Positions 1 through 8,884 of a DNA stretch of 31,477 nt are shown here, in pieces. The notes under the pieces were generated by a model. The model saw only the letters and a list, made by a program, of their open reading frames with translations, did not search any database and was not told where the DNA came from. This DNA is from Ignisphaera sp. (lineage in GTDB: Archaea > Thermoproteota > Thermoprotei_A > Sulfolobales > Ignisphaeraceae). The position numbers and the translations under genes were made by a program. The stretch spans positions 1 to 31,477 of the forward strand of contig JAWBDT010000018.1 of assembly GCA_038821645.1 (NCBI GenBank), read 5' to 3'. How positions within the stretch are numbered: position 1 is the first letter of the stretch; every line of letters begins with the position of its first letter.

Positions 1-1
1 G

Positions 2-580
2 AGCTTAGATGAAGGCGATATTATGGATAAGATGTGGTGGGAAGCAATACTAGGGACTATGTTGATGACTAGATATGCAGATCTTTTGATTATGCATTCA
101 ATAGAAGGTTGGGTACTATTACCATTAGTTATATGGAGATTCCAACTGTATACAGATCCAAGAAAGCCTGTAGCTGTTCCATCAGGTGTTAGAGAAGTAG
201 GTAAGCCTAATGGATTCTCTCCTGTTATCGTTACATCAAATTACGCTCTTACCTACAGTATTGTTCTGAGTGATCTAGAAAAGGCTAAGATTAATGCTTG
301 GCTTGTTGTTATAGATACTGAAGGGCTTGCCGTTGATGTAGCTGTAGCAGGTAGAAAATTCATAGGTGAAAAAGTAGCTGAAGTGATAAGAGCCTCTAAT
401 CTCGATAAAAAGATTAAACACAAGATACTAATTATACCTGGTAAAGCTGCTAGAGTTTCTGGAGACATAGAAGATTCAACTGGATGGCGAGTAATTGTAG
501 GACCCATGGATTCTAGTGAGCTAGGCAAGTTTATTGAAAAAGAATTCACAGAAAGCAAAATACAGGAGCTTTCAACTTAA
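2..580 (+). CDS. acsC: Corrinoid iron-sulfur protein large (gamma) subunit AcsC/CdhE, C-terminal part (5'-truncated by window edge)
   Basis: Frame is open to the window edge. YTDPRKPVAV..G...P...SPVIVTSNYALTY, VVIDTEGL and LIIPG....SGDIED.TGWRVIVGP match the AcsC C-terminal B12-binding domain. Followed by RACo and CooC. Confidence 0.9.
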   Translation, partial: SLDEGDIMDKMWWEAILGTMLMTRYADLLIMHSIEGWVLLPLVIWRFQLYTDPRKPVAVPSGVREVGKPNGFSPVIVTSNYALTYSIVLSDLEKAKINAWLVVIDTEGLAVDVAVAGRKFIGEKVAEVIRASNLDKKIKHKILIIPGKAARVSGDIEDSTGWRVIVGPMDSSELGKFIEKEFTESKIQELST

Positions 581-652
581 TAAAATGTTTACAAATGTTT
601 ATAATGATTTATCTATCTCATGGTTGTTCTTCTAAAAATTGGGTGAAGCTCG

Positions 653-2500
653 ATAACTAAAGAGAATTATGCTAAAGTAATATTTCCACAATACAATGTA
701 GCTGCAACTGTAACTAAAGGAATAACGATATTAGAGATAGCCCAAAAATTGGGTATAGGCATCAGAAGTGTTTGCGGTGGTAAAGGATTTTGCGGTAAAT
801 GCAAGGTTCTTATAAAGGGAAAAGTAGATCACAGGCTAACCGACAAAACATTGATTTCTGAAGAAGAACAGGCCAAGGGATATGTCTTAGCTTGTTTAGC
901 TAAAATCATAGAAGATGTAGAAGTATTTGTACCTCCTGAAAGTCAGTTTAGAAAAGCTAAGCTTCTTTCATCTGTATTGTTACCTAAACTAATCGTGAAC
1001 CCCATCATATCTAGATCAATCATATCTGAATATACAGATATCGTTAAACTTGCAACATTTTACAAATTTGACGAAGAACTAAGAAAGAAAGCAGAATCAT
1101 TACTAGACATCAATGGCAAGGCTATTGTCATCATCAACCCCCTACATAATGTTGTTATAGATGTTAAAACAGAAGACCATATTTACGGTATAGCTGTAGA
1201 TATAGGTACAACAAAAGTTGTTGTAGCGCTAATAGATATAGCTCAGGGAAAGGTTATCGACGTAGAATCAGAATTCAATAAACAGATTATGTATGGAGAA
1301 GACCTTGTATCACGAATATCGTATGCTATTGATAAGGAGGGTTTGAGAGAACTCAAAACAACCGTTATAGAGACTATAAACGGACTAATAGATAGTTTAT
1401 GCAAGAAACACAAGATAGATAATAGAGAACTCTACCACATTTCAGTAGCAGGAAATACTGTCATGACCTACCTTTTTGTGGGTTTAGATCCATACCCATT
1501 AATACGCTCTTTTAAAACCCCAGTTAAAATAGACCCTAAACCATATATATTAAAGGCCTCAGATCTCGAGCTGAATACCAATAGAGATGCTATTGTTTAT
1601 GTTCTACCATGTAGCGGTAGATTCTTAGGAGGAGATGTTATCGGTGATATTGTTACTGCAGGTCTTCATCTAATTGATGAACCAGCACTTTTAATTGATA
1701 TTGGGACTAATACTGAGGTTGTTATAGGGTGTAAGAACTGGTTCTTAGCAACAACAGCACCAGCTGGACCTGCATTTGAAGGATGGGGATTGAAATGCGG
1801 TGTTAGAGCAATTCAGGGAGCTATCGAGAGTGTACAAATAGATCCACAAACATTAAAAGCAAGATACTCAGTCATAGGAAACGTGAAACCTATAGGTATA
1901 TGTGGTTCAGGATATATAGATCTAGTTGCACAACTTTTCATACATGGCGTTATAGATCGACAAGGTAAGTTCTATAAAGATATAGAATCACCGTATATCA
2001 GAAAGGGTAGTGATGGTTATGAATACATTGTGGTTAGTGGCGATGAATCTGCTACCGGAAGAGATATAGTCATTACGGAGAAAGATATATACAATATTAT
2101 AGATGCAAAATCCTCTGTATGCGCAGCTATAGCAATATTGTTGAAAAGAATGTACCTAGATGTATATAAGATTACCCGTGTCTTCATATGTGGCGCTTTT
2201 GGAAGATACCTCAATATTGATAGTGCTGTAGCCATAGGCATGATACCTGAATTTCCTAAAGCAGAAGTAATCTATATAGGTAATGGATCTCTAGGTGGAG
2301 CAATAATGACAACTGTATCTAGAGAGTACATTAATTATGTTGAAAAAGTAGCAAAAAATATTGCTACGATAGAGCTCATGCTTGATCCCAACTTTATGGA
2401 AGAATATGAATCAGGATTCATACTTCCTGGAAAACAAGAACTTTTTCCAACATGGTGGAAAAAGAGTTTAGGAATAAAACCTTGGAAACTAGAGAAATAA
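653..2500 (+). CDS. Reductive activator of corrinoid proteins (RACo/AcsV-like, ASKHA ATPase with N-terminal [2Fe-2S] domain)
   Basis: CGGKGFCGKC...LAC ferredoxin motif; ASKHA motifs AVDIGTT and LIDIGTNTE; GPAFEG; GICGSG. The ORF track starts at TTG 749, but the frame and the ferredoxin fold (KVIFP...GITILEIA) continue upstream to ATA 653, 6 nt after GGGTGA. Start codon uncertain. Confidence 0.88.
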   Translation: MTKENYAKVIFPQYNVAATVTKGITILEIAQKLGIGIRSVCGGKGFCGKCKVLIKGKVDHRLTDKTLISEEEQAKGYVLACLAKIIEDVEVFVPPESQFRKAKLLSSVLLPKLIVNPIISRSIISEYTDIVKLATFYKFDEELRKKAESLLDINGKAIVIINPLHNVVIDVKTEDHIYGIAVDIGTTKVVVALIDIAQGKVIDVESEFNKQIMYGEDLVSRISYAIDKEGLRELKTTVIETINGLIDSLCKKHKIDNRELYHISVAGNTVMTYLFVGLDPYPLIRSFKTPVKIDPKPYILKASDLELNTNRDAIVYVLPCSGRFLGGDVIGDIVTAGLHLIDEPALLIDIGTNTEVVIGCKNWFLATTAPAGPAFEGWGLKCGVRAIQGAIESVQIDPQTLKARYSVIGNVKPIGICGSGYIDLVAQLFIHGVIDRQGKFYKDIESPYIRKGSDGYEYIVVSGDESATGRDIVITEKDIYNIIDAKSSVCAAIAILLKRMYLDVYKITRVFICGAFGRYLNIDSAVAIGMIPEFPKAEVIYIGNGSLGGAIMTTVSREYINYVEKVAKNIATIELMLDPNFMEEYESGFILPGKQELFPTWWKKSLGIKPWKLEK

Positions 2501-2542
2501 TAAACTAAAACATTAGTATAGTGATTAACTAAGTGTGATACG

Positions 2543-3319
2543 ATGCGTAGACCCTTCATAGCATCAATCTCAGGTAAAGGAGGAACTGGAAAAACTACTC
2601 TAACAGCACTTCTACTTAAGGTGTTAATAGATAACGCTACAGACGACACAATACTCGTAGTAGATGCGGATCCTGCTACAAACTTGCCCGAGGTTCTTGG
2701 CGTTAATATCAACAAAACTATTGGTGATATTGTTGAAGAATTTAGAAAGAAAAGCAATAACATATCTGATTTGGGTTTCGAAAAATCATCTCTACTCCAA
2801 TATTGGATACTTAGAGATTCACTAACTGAAACACCCCACTTTGACTTAATAGCTATGGGTAGAGGTGAAGGAGAAGGCTGTTATTGTTATGTTAATTCAA
2901 TTCTTACAAGAATCCTTGTAGAGTTAATGAAGAATTATAGTGTTGTCTTAATGGATATGGAAGCTGGTTTAGAACATCTAAGTAGAAGAGTTGATAGATA
3001 TGTTAATACCCTCATAGTTGTTGTAGATCCTTCCATTATGAGTATAAAAACTGCTGAAAGAATTATAACGATAGCAAAAGAGGTAAACATAAAGCCTGAA
3101 AAACTCTTTCTTGTTGGTAATAGAATGTCCGAAAATACGGTCCGTGAGGTAGCAAGGTATGCGTCTCAGTTGGGTTATGAATATGCAGGAACAATACCTA
3201 ATGATGATGTCATATACACTTATAACCTAGAGGGGAAATCTCTATTGACGCTTCCTCAGAATACCAAAGCTATCCAGGCCACAAGAATTATCGCTAAAAA
3301 CATAGGTCTCATAGATTAA
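2543..3319 (+). CDS. cooC: CooC/AcsF-type nickel-insertion ATPase (CODH/ACS maturation)
   Basis: Deviant Walker A SGKGGTGKTT, VDADPATNL, metal-binding GEGCYC, DMEAGLEHLSR. Confidence 0.9.
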   Translation: MRRPFIASISGKGGTGKTTLTALLLKVLIDNATDDTILVVDADPATNLPEVLGVNINKTIGDIVEEFRKKSNNISDLGFEKSSLLQYWILRDSLTETPHFDLIAMGRGEGEGCYCYVNSILTRILVELMKNYSVVLMDMEAGLEHLSRRVDRYVNTLIVVVDPSIMSIKTAERIITIAKEVNIKPEKLFLVGNRMSENTVREVARYASQLGYEYAGTIPNDDVIYTYNLEGKSLLTLPQNTKAIQATRIIAKNIGLID

Positions 3320-3393
3320 ACCTCTCATCAAAATTCTAGTAATAATATTTTAATATTCTAATGCAGTATTAATATACATTAAACAAAACATTA

Positions 3394-3407
3394 GTAAAAT
3401 TTATATA
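3394..3407 (+). promoter_or_regulatory. Probable BRE/TATA promoter giving a leaderless transcript for the MetF-like gene
   Basis: Purine-rich GTAAAA followed by TTTATATA (3400-3407), ending 21 nt before ATG 3429; no SD motif before that ATG. Confidence 0.5.
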
Positions 3408-3428
3408 GCAATTCTTTTGAATATGTAA

Positions 3429-4202
3429 ATGGCGGTAAAGTTGAAAATATTGCACGAGTTTGTTCCTACGAGAAAATTTTTACAAATGGCTGAAGAGACT
3501 AAGGACCTAGTTGATGGATGGAATATAACTGATAGTGCTGCTGGTATACCTGCACCTAGTGGAACAGCTGTTGGATGTGTGTTAAAGGTTAAATACCCAG
3601 AGAAAATAGTGATACCTATCTTCATATTAAATTACAAAGGTCCTGTTGAAATTGGTGCTTTAGCTCTTGCTGCTGATGCTGTTGGACTCGACGGTCTTGT
3701 GCTTACATTTGGTGACGAACCCAAATATGGAGAACCTTTAGCAGCTAGATACTGGAAAAATTCAGAAGACTGTCGAGATTTCTTGAAAAAAGAAATAAAG
3801 CTGAAACGTGTTAAGCTTGGTTGCCTGTTGTCTCCAAAACCTTGGAGAGATAGATATGGAGTAAAGCAATTTGGTGTTGATGACATGATTAATAGAGTTA
3901 AAACTGGATGGGATTTTGCATTCTTCATGAGATTAGACGACACTACGCTACCATTGCTTGAACAAATTTCATTTGAGATAAAGAAACTCAATGTACCTTT
4001 ATACACATACTTCTTGATAAAGACTCCACGTAATGCTGAAATTCTTGCACGAATAGGGTGGACCCCCACAACATCTCTTGAAAATGCTTTAACATTTGCT
4101 GAAAAACTTGAAGGACTAGTCGAGGGCTTAATAGCTACATGTGCAGGTGATTATCAAGGTGATTTAGAGCTTCTAAAACAATTAAGTAGGCTCAGAAAGT
4201 GA
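3429..4202 (+). CDS. Divergent methylenetetrahydrofolate reductase (MetF)-like TIM-barrel protein
   Basis: LHEFVP (cf. MetF SFEFFPP, catalytic Glu), DGWNITD, and A.A.GLDGLVLTFGDEP (cf. GI.NVL.LRGDPP, catalytic Asp). The usual HLTCR motif is replaced by IFILN. Confidence 0.65.
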   Translation: MAVKLKILHEFVPTRKFLQMAEETKDLVDGWNITDSAAGIPAPSGTAVGCVLKVKYPEKIVIPIFILNYKGPVEIGALALAADAVGLDGLVLTFGDEPKYGEPLAARYWKNSEDCRDFLKKEIKLKRVKLGCLLSPKPWRDRYGVKQFGVDDMINRVKTGWDFAFFMRLDDTTLPLLEQISFEIKKLNVPLYTYFLIKTPRNAEILARIGWTPTTSLENALTFAEKLEGLVEGLIATCAGDYQGDLELLKQLSRLRK

Positions 4203-4259
4203 AAAATAGGTTAAATGAAGTAAACTAGATTATGTGTTCAATGCTCTAGGTCTAATACA

Positions 4260-5333
4260 TTACTCTAAAAGTTTTTTCCAATCAACCTCTTTATCTATTG
4301 TCGATACTATATCATTCTCTTTAGCTTTTAGTGAATCAGCTGTAACTATCGACTGAACTTCACGCAATTTTTCAATTGTTGTATAAGTATCATAAGGAAC
4401 AAGCAGTAAAGGTACATTAACCTCCTTGGCCTTAATCAACACTCCGACATCAGGATACAAATTACCTGTGAGTATTACAACACTAGGTCTTGTCTCTAAA
4501 GCTGCTATAATTAGATCTGTTCTATCTCCTCCAGTAATTATTGCTGCATTTATAGCCCTTCTGAACCATCTTAAAGCAGCTGTTGGGGCCATGGCTCCAA
4601 CGATAATGTCTTCAATGATATTGTTAAGTCTATTCTCATTTTCAAGCACCTCAGCATTCAATGCTTCAGCTACATCCCTAACCGTTGGTGCTAAGAGTCT
4701 AGGTTTCTCCGATATAACTCCGTATACCTTCATACCTAGATCCTCAACTAGTGGTACCAATAAATCGTTCACCCTTTCTACATAGTATACAGGAACATTA
4801 TTGAATATAACACCATCTAAAGCTACACCATATCGTTCAAAGAAACATCTGTAAAGATATACCCTGTCTACAACTTCATCAACAATATCTCTATCCTTAG
4901 CTACAGCCACATATACGGGTTTTGCATTCAGCACTTTGGCTATTTCTGGCAAAGGTAATCCTATACTAGACATGGTCTCCGTTAAAGGATAACTTTCTAT
5001 AACTACAACATCCTTTCCTTCACTTACCTTATTGAAACAATCTATAATCAGTCTCTTTAAGTTATCTATATCCTTTTTTAATTCTATGATACCACGCGAT
5101 ATTGTTAGAGGACTCATGCATTCTACTGGATCTTTAAGATCGAGAGCTTCTTTAATTGCTAATACATCTGGATCAACGAATTTCATTGATGGAAGTCTAT
5201 ATCGAGCTCTGGCAATAGGCTTAAAGTATCCAACCTTTAATCCTTCTTGAGAAAACTTCTTTAAAAGTCCATATATAAGTACAGTTTTACCTCTTTCGCC
5301 CAAGATTAGTATAGATTTAACCGTATCCATCAC
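4260..5333 (-). CDS. Phosphotransacetylase N-terminal-like protein (BioD-like P-loop + DRTGG domain, no catalytic Pta domain)
   Basis: GKT..., KVGYFKPI, DVVVIE, GVIFN, IIVGAM, AIITGGDRTDL, LVPYDTYTT. Start abuts the stop codon of the ACD gene. Confidence 0.85.
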   Translation of the reverse strand: MMDTVKSILILGERGKTVLIYGLLKKFSQEGLKVGYFKPIARARYRLPSMKFVDPDVLAIKEALDLKDPVECMSPLTISRGIIELKKDIDNLKRLIIDCFNKVSEGKDVVVIESYPLTETMSSIGLPLPEIAKVLNAKPVYVAVAKDRDIVDEVVDRVYLYRCFFERYGVALDGVIFNNVPVYYVERVNDLLVPLVEDLGMKVYGVISEKPRLLAPTVRDVAEALNAEVLENENRLNNIIEDIIVGAMAPTAALRWFRRAINAAIITGGDRTDLIIAALETRPSVVILTGNLYPDVGVLIKAKEVNVPLLLVPYDTYTTIEKLREVQSIVTADSLKAKENDIVSTIDKEVDWKKLLE

Positions 5334-7445
5334 CTATTCTATAACCATCTTAACATCTATAGCCATACTTCCAGCTCCTTCTTCATATACGAATAGGGGA
5401 TTAATATCCATTTCTACTATATCTGGTACATCTGTAACAAGCTTGCTTACTCTCAACAATATATTTATCACAGATGCTATATCTGCGGTCGGTTCTCCTC
5501 TAAATCCTTTTAGAAGATTGTAAGCTTTGGTTTCCATAACCATCTCTTTAGCTTCGTAAAGAGATAGTGGTGCTAATCTAAACGATACATCTTTGAATAA
5601 TTCTGCATATATTCCGCCAAGACCAAACATAACTATGTGACCAAATACTGGATCTTTTGTAGAACCTATTATGACCTCTCTGCCTTTTGGAACCATCTTC
5701 TGGACAACAACACCGTATATTGATGATTGTGGTGAAAATTTACGTACATTGGATATAATGGATCTGAATGCTTCTCTAACATCATTATCGGATCTTACAT
5801 TCATTATAACACCACCAACATCAGATTTATGGATTATATCTGGGGAAGCTATCTTGAGTACCACGGGATATCCCATATTTTTGGCTATCTCTACAGCTTC
5901 ATCTTCAGAAGTAGCTAACATTGTTGGAGCAACAGGTATACCATAGCACTTAACTACTTCTTTTGCTTCTGACTCTAATAACACTTTTCTATTCTGATTT
6001 TTCACACTTTCTATTATCGAAAGTGCCTTCCTTCTATCTACGTCATATATGTTCACATGTTCTAATGTCTTTAATACATATTCTCTTAACTCTCTATACA
6101 TACTCAGACCATAAATTGCTATAACGCCTTTTTCAGGCATATCGTAGACAGGTATGTTGTTCTCGATAAGCATCTTGGATGCTTTTTCAACTTTATCACC
6201 ACCAATAAATACTGCTACTATTGGTTTAGAAGGATATAGCTTACTTAGTTCTATAATCACCTTAGCTGTTTCCTCAGGTTCTGTAACTACTTGTGGTGTT
6301 AATATCGTTATCAAACCATCTACATTATGATCCTTAAGAAGAGCTTCTATAGCAAGTCTATACCTATCAGCTTGCGCATCACCGAGCACATCAACAGGAT
6401 TGTATACAGACGCCATAGGTGGTAAACTGTTACGTAGATAGTCTATAGTTTGTTTGGATAAAGAAGCCAACTTTAATCCTTTCGACGTTAGAATATCCGA
6501 TGTAACTACCCCACCACCACCAGCATTTGTCACAATACCGATTCTATCTCCGTGAGGTATGGGTTGGGTACTGAATGCTATAGCCATATCGAATAATTCT
6601 GAAACTGTTGTAACATGTATTATGCCTGCCTTCTTTAACGCTGCTTTTAATGCTGTTATCCCTCCAGCCATAGATCCTGTATGACTTAAAGCGGCCTTTG
6701 CGCCAGCTTCTGTTGTACCTCCTTTGAGGAGAATTATTGGTTTCTTTCTAGATACACTAGCACCTATGCTTATGAATCTCCTACCATCAGTTATGGATTC
6801 AAGATACAGCAGAATGACCTTGGTCTCAGGGTCTTCACCTAAGTACTCTATGAAATCAGATTCGTTTAGATCTGCTTTATTGCCTAAGCTAACTATTTTT
6901 GAAAATCCTATACCGGTTTTCAAAGACCAATCAAGTATTGCTGAAAGTAGTGCACCACTTTGCGATATAAATGCTATTCCTCCTCTTCTTAAAGGAGTAG
7001 GTCCAAATGAAGCATTAATGGGGGTATAGAGATCCATAATGCCTAGACAGTTAGGGCCGACGATTCTTACACCATACTTCTTAGCTATTTCTACTAACTT
7101 TTTCTCTCTTTCAATACCCTCACCTCCTACCTCTTTAAATCCAGCTGTAATAACAACAACATGCTTAATACCCTTCTTACCGCATTCCTCTAGAGTACTT
7201 AATACTACTTGAGCTGGTACTACTATTACTGCTAAATCTATATCACCTGGAATTTCTGATACAGATTTGTATACATCAAGACCAAGTATTTTATCTGCTT
7301 TTGGATTTACTGGATATATTTCTCCCTTATATCCGCTCTCAATTATATTTTTCAGTATAGCATGTCCAACTTTTCCAGGCTCTCTCGAGGCACCAATTAT
7401 TGCTACTGATTTAGGCTTAAATAAATACTCTAAACTCTTGTCCAT
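5334..7445 (-). CDS. ADP-forming acetyl-CoA synthetase (ACD), fused alpha+beta subunits
   Basis: CoA-binding VAIIGAS..PGKVG, GPNCLG, SQSGA, phospho-His SHTGSMAG, NPVDVLGDA, and ATP-grasp beta part YPVVLKIASPDIIHKSDVGGV and EMDINPL. No GNAT domain, so not Pat/YfiQ. Confidence 0.9.
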   Translation of the reverse strand: MDKSLEYLFKPKSVAIIGASREPGKVGHAILKNIIESGYKGEIYPVNPKADKILGLDVYKSVSEIPGDIDLAVIVVPAQVVLSTLEECGKKGIKHVVVITAGFKEVGGEGIEREKKLVEIAKKYGVRIVGPNCLGIMDLYTPINASFGPTPLRRGGIAFISQSGALLSAILDWSLKTGIGFSKIVSLGNKADLNESDFIEYLGEDPETKVILLYLESITDGRRFISIGASVSRKKPIILLKGGTTEAGAKAALSHTGSMAGGITALKAALKKAGIIHVTTVSELFDMAIAFSTQPIPHGDRIGIVTNAGGGGVVTSDILTSKGLKLASLSKQTIDYLRNSLPPMASVYNPVDVLGDAQADRYRLAIEALLKDHNVDGLITILTPQVVTEPEETAKVIIELSKLYPSKPIVAVFIGGDKVEKASKMLIENNIPVYDMPEKGVIAIYGLSMYRELREYVLKTLEHVNIYDVDRRKALSIIESVKNQNRKVLLESEAKEVVKCYGIPVAPTMLATSEDEAVEIAKNMGYPVVLKIASPDIIHKSDVGGVIMNVRSDNDVREAFRSIISNVRKFSPQSSIYGVVVQKMVPKGREVIIGSTKDPVFGHIVMFGLGGIYAELFKDVSFRLAPLSLYEAKEMVMETKAYNLLKGFRGEPTADIASVINILLRVSKLVTDVPDIVEMDINPLFVYEEGAGSMAIDVKMVIE

Positions 7446-7569
7446 ATTGCTTAAACCCTTAACGTCATTTCTCGAAAAAAGTTTAAAAATATTTGTAGTT
7501 AATGTGCATGATTGTGAATAAGAATTTAATATACAAACGTGATACTATATATCGGTTAGGTGAAAATGA

Positions 7570-8214
7570 TTGAAACTAGTTTTCATAGGTCCTCCAGGTA
7601 TAGGTAAAGGTACATACGCTAAGATGTTGAGACAGAAATACGGAATTCCACATATATCTACTGGAGATATCTTCCGAGAAGAGATAGCCAAAGGAACCGC
7701 TCTAGGTATAAAGATTAAACAATATGTTGAAAAAGGATTACTAGTTCCCGATGAAATTGTGATAGAAGTTATTAAAAAAGTTCTTCAAGGTCCTGAATGT
7801 AGAAATGGATTTATACTTGATGGATTTCCTAGAACAATTAAGCAAGCAGAAGAACTAGATAAAATAGTATCAATAGATGCTGTATTTCTATTTGAAGCAC
7901 CAGTAGAAATTATTGTAGAAAGGGTATCGGGAAGAATTATATGTCCTAATTGTGGTACTATCTATAACATTAGATGGAGGCCTCCTAAAGTTCCAGGAAT
8001 ATGTGATGTTTGTGGACATCAGTTAATAAAGAGAAAGGATGATGAACCAGAAGTGGTTAGAACTAGGTACCAAATATATAAGCAAACTTTTGAACCTGTA
8101 ATAGATTACTATCGTCGTAAAAACTTGTTGATAGAAATTGATGCTTCACGTGATGCAGAAATTGTTGTGAGGGATATTGAGGAATTGCTTAAAAAGATGA
8201 ATATAATAAAGTAG
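7570..8214 (+). CDS. adk: Adenylate kinase, bacterial-type long form with Zn-LID
   Basis: GPPGIGKGT, HISTGDIFR, GFILDGFPRT, LID CPNC...CDVC, RKDD. GGTGA lies 6 nt before the TTG start. Confidence 0.93.
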   Translation: MKLVFIGPPGIGKGTYAKMLRQKYGIPHISTGDIFREEIAKGTALGIKIKQYVEKGLLVPDEIVIEVIKKVLQGPECRNGFILDGFPRTIKQAEELDKIVSIDAVFLFEAPVEIIVERVSGRIICPNCGTIYNIRWRPPKVPGICDVCGHQLIKRKDDEPEVVRTRYQIYKQTFEPVIDYYRRKNLLIEIDASRDAEIVVRDIEELLKKMNIIK

Positions 8215-8232
8215 TTTTATTCACTAAAACAA

Positions 8233-8742
8233 TTATCTAGGTTTATAGAATGGATGTTCAACTTTATCTTTTTTATCAAGTATTTCGTCTATTTTTGGCT
8301 CTCCCAACATTGCTCTCTTGATAGCTATCTTTGTTGCTTCATAATTATATCTATACACTTTATCCTTATCTTTAGCTGCAGGATGTATAAAAACACCACA
8401 AATTATAACGACATCATCTACTATATCTTTAGGTATAATTCCTTCAGCTACACTATCTGCCACAGCTTTAGCTACAGCATATTGTGCTGGACCAAATATT
8501 AGTTCTGCTTGAAACATATTTCTTATAGTTACTTTAGGAACTATCAATGTAACTGGCTTCACAAGTAGATTTGGTGTCAAAACTGCAAAGAGTTTCGTAT
8601 GTCCATATGTTTGATGAGCTAAGCCAAAAGATAATCCTATACCTGCAGGACCATCTTTATCACCAATTATCAAATCTATGTGTGCTACCTCATTACCTTC
8701 ACCTACTAATGCTTCACCGAACCTTATACCTATTTTACCCAT
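8233..8742 (-). CDS. fae: Formaldehyde-activating enzyme (H4MPT hydro-lyase), stand-alone
   Basis: [70 protein letters not shown]. No Hps domain fused. Start taken at the ATG behind GGGTG. Confidence 0.93.
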   Translation of the reverse strand: MGKIGIRFGEALVGEGNEVAHIDLIIGDKDGPAGIGLSFGLAHQTYGHTKLFAVLTPNLLVKPVTLIVPKVTIRNMFQAELIFGPAQYAVAKAVADSVAEGIIPKDIVDDVVIICGVFIHPAAKDKDKVYRYNYEATKIAIKRAMLGEPKIDEILDKKDKVEHPFYKPR

Positions 8743-8884
8743 CCCGTACACCCACTACACTATAGGTTATACACTCAGTATATATTTCTTTGCGTCATTG
8801 CTTTAAAGTTGGTGCAGCAGATGGTTTTATATTTTGATTAACAAGAGGTATAGAATGTATATCCACTCATCATGGGTATAAGGA

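Noticed and set aside
5334-7445. Alternative call as Pat/YfiQ protein acetyltransferase
   Set aside because: No GNAT domain, and both catalytic histidines of ACD are present.
8815-8873. ATGATGA (C box) on the minus strand at 8867-8873
   Set aside because: No CTGA D'/D boxes at suitable spacing.
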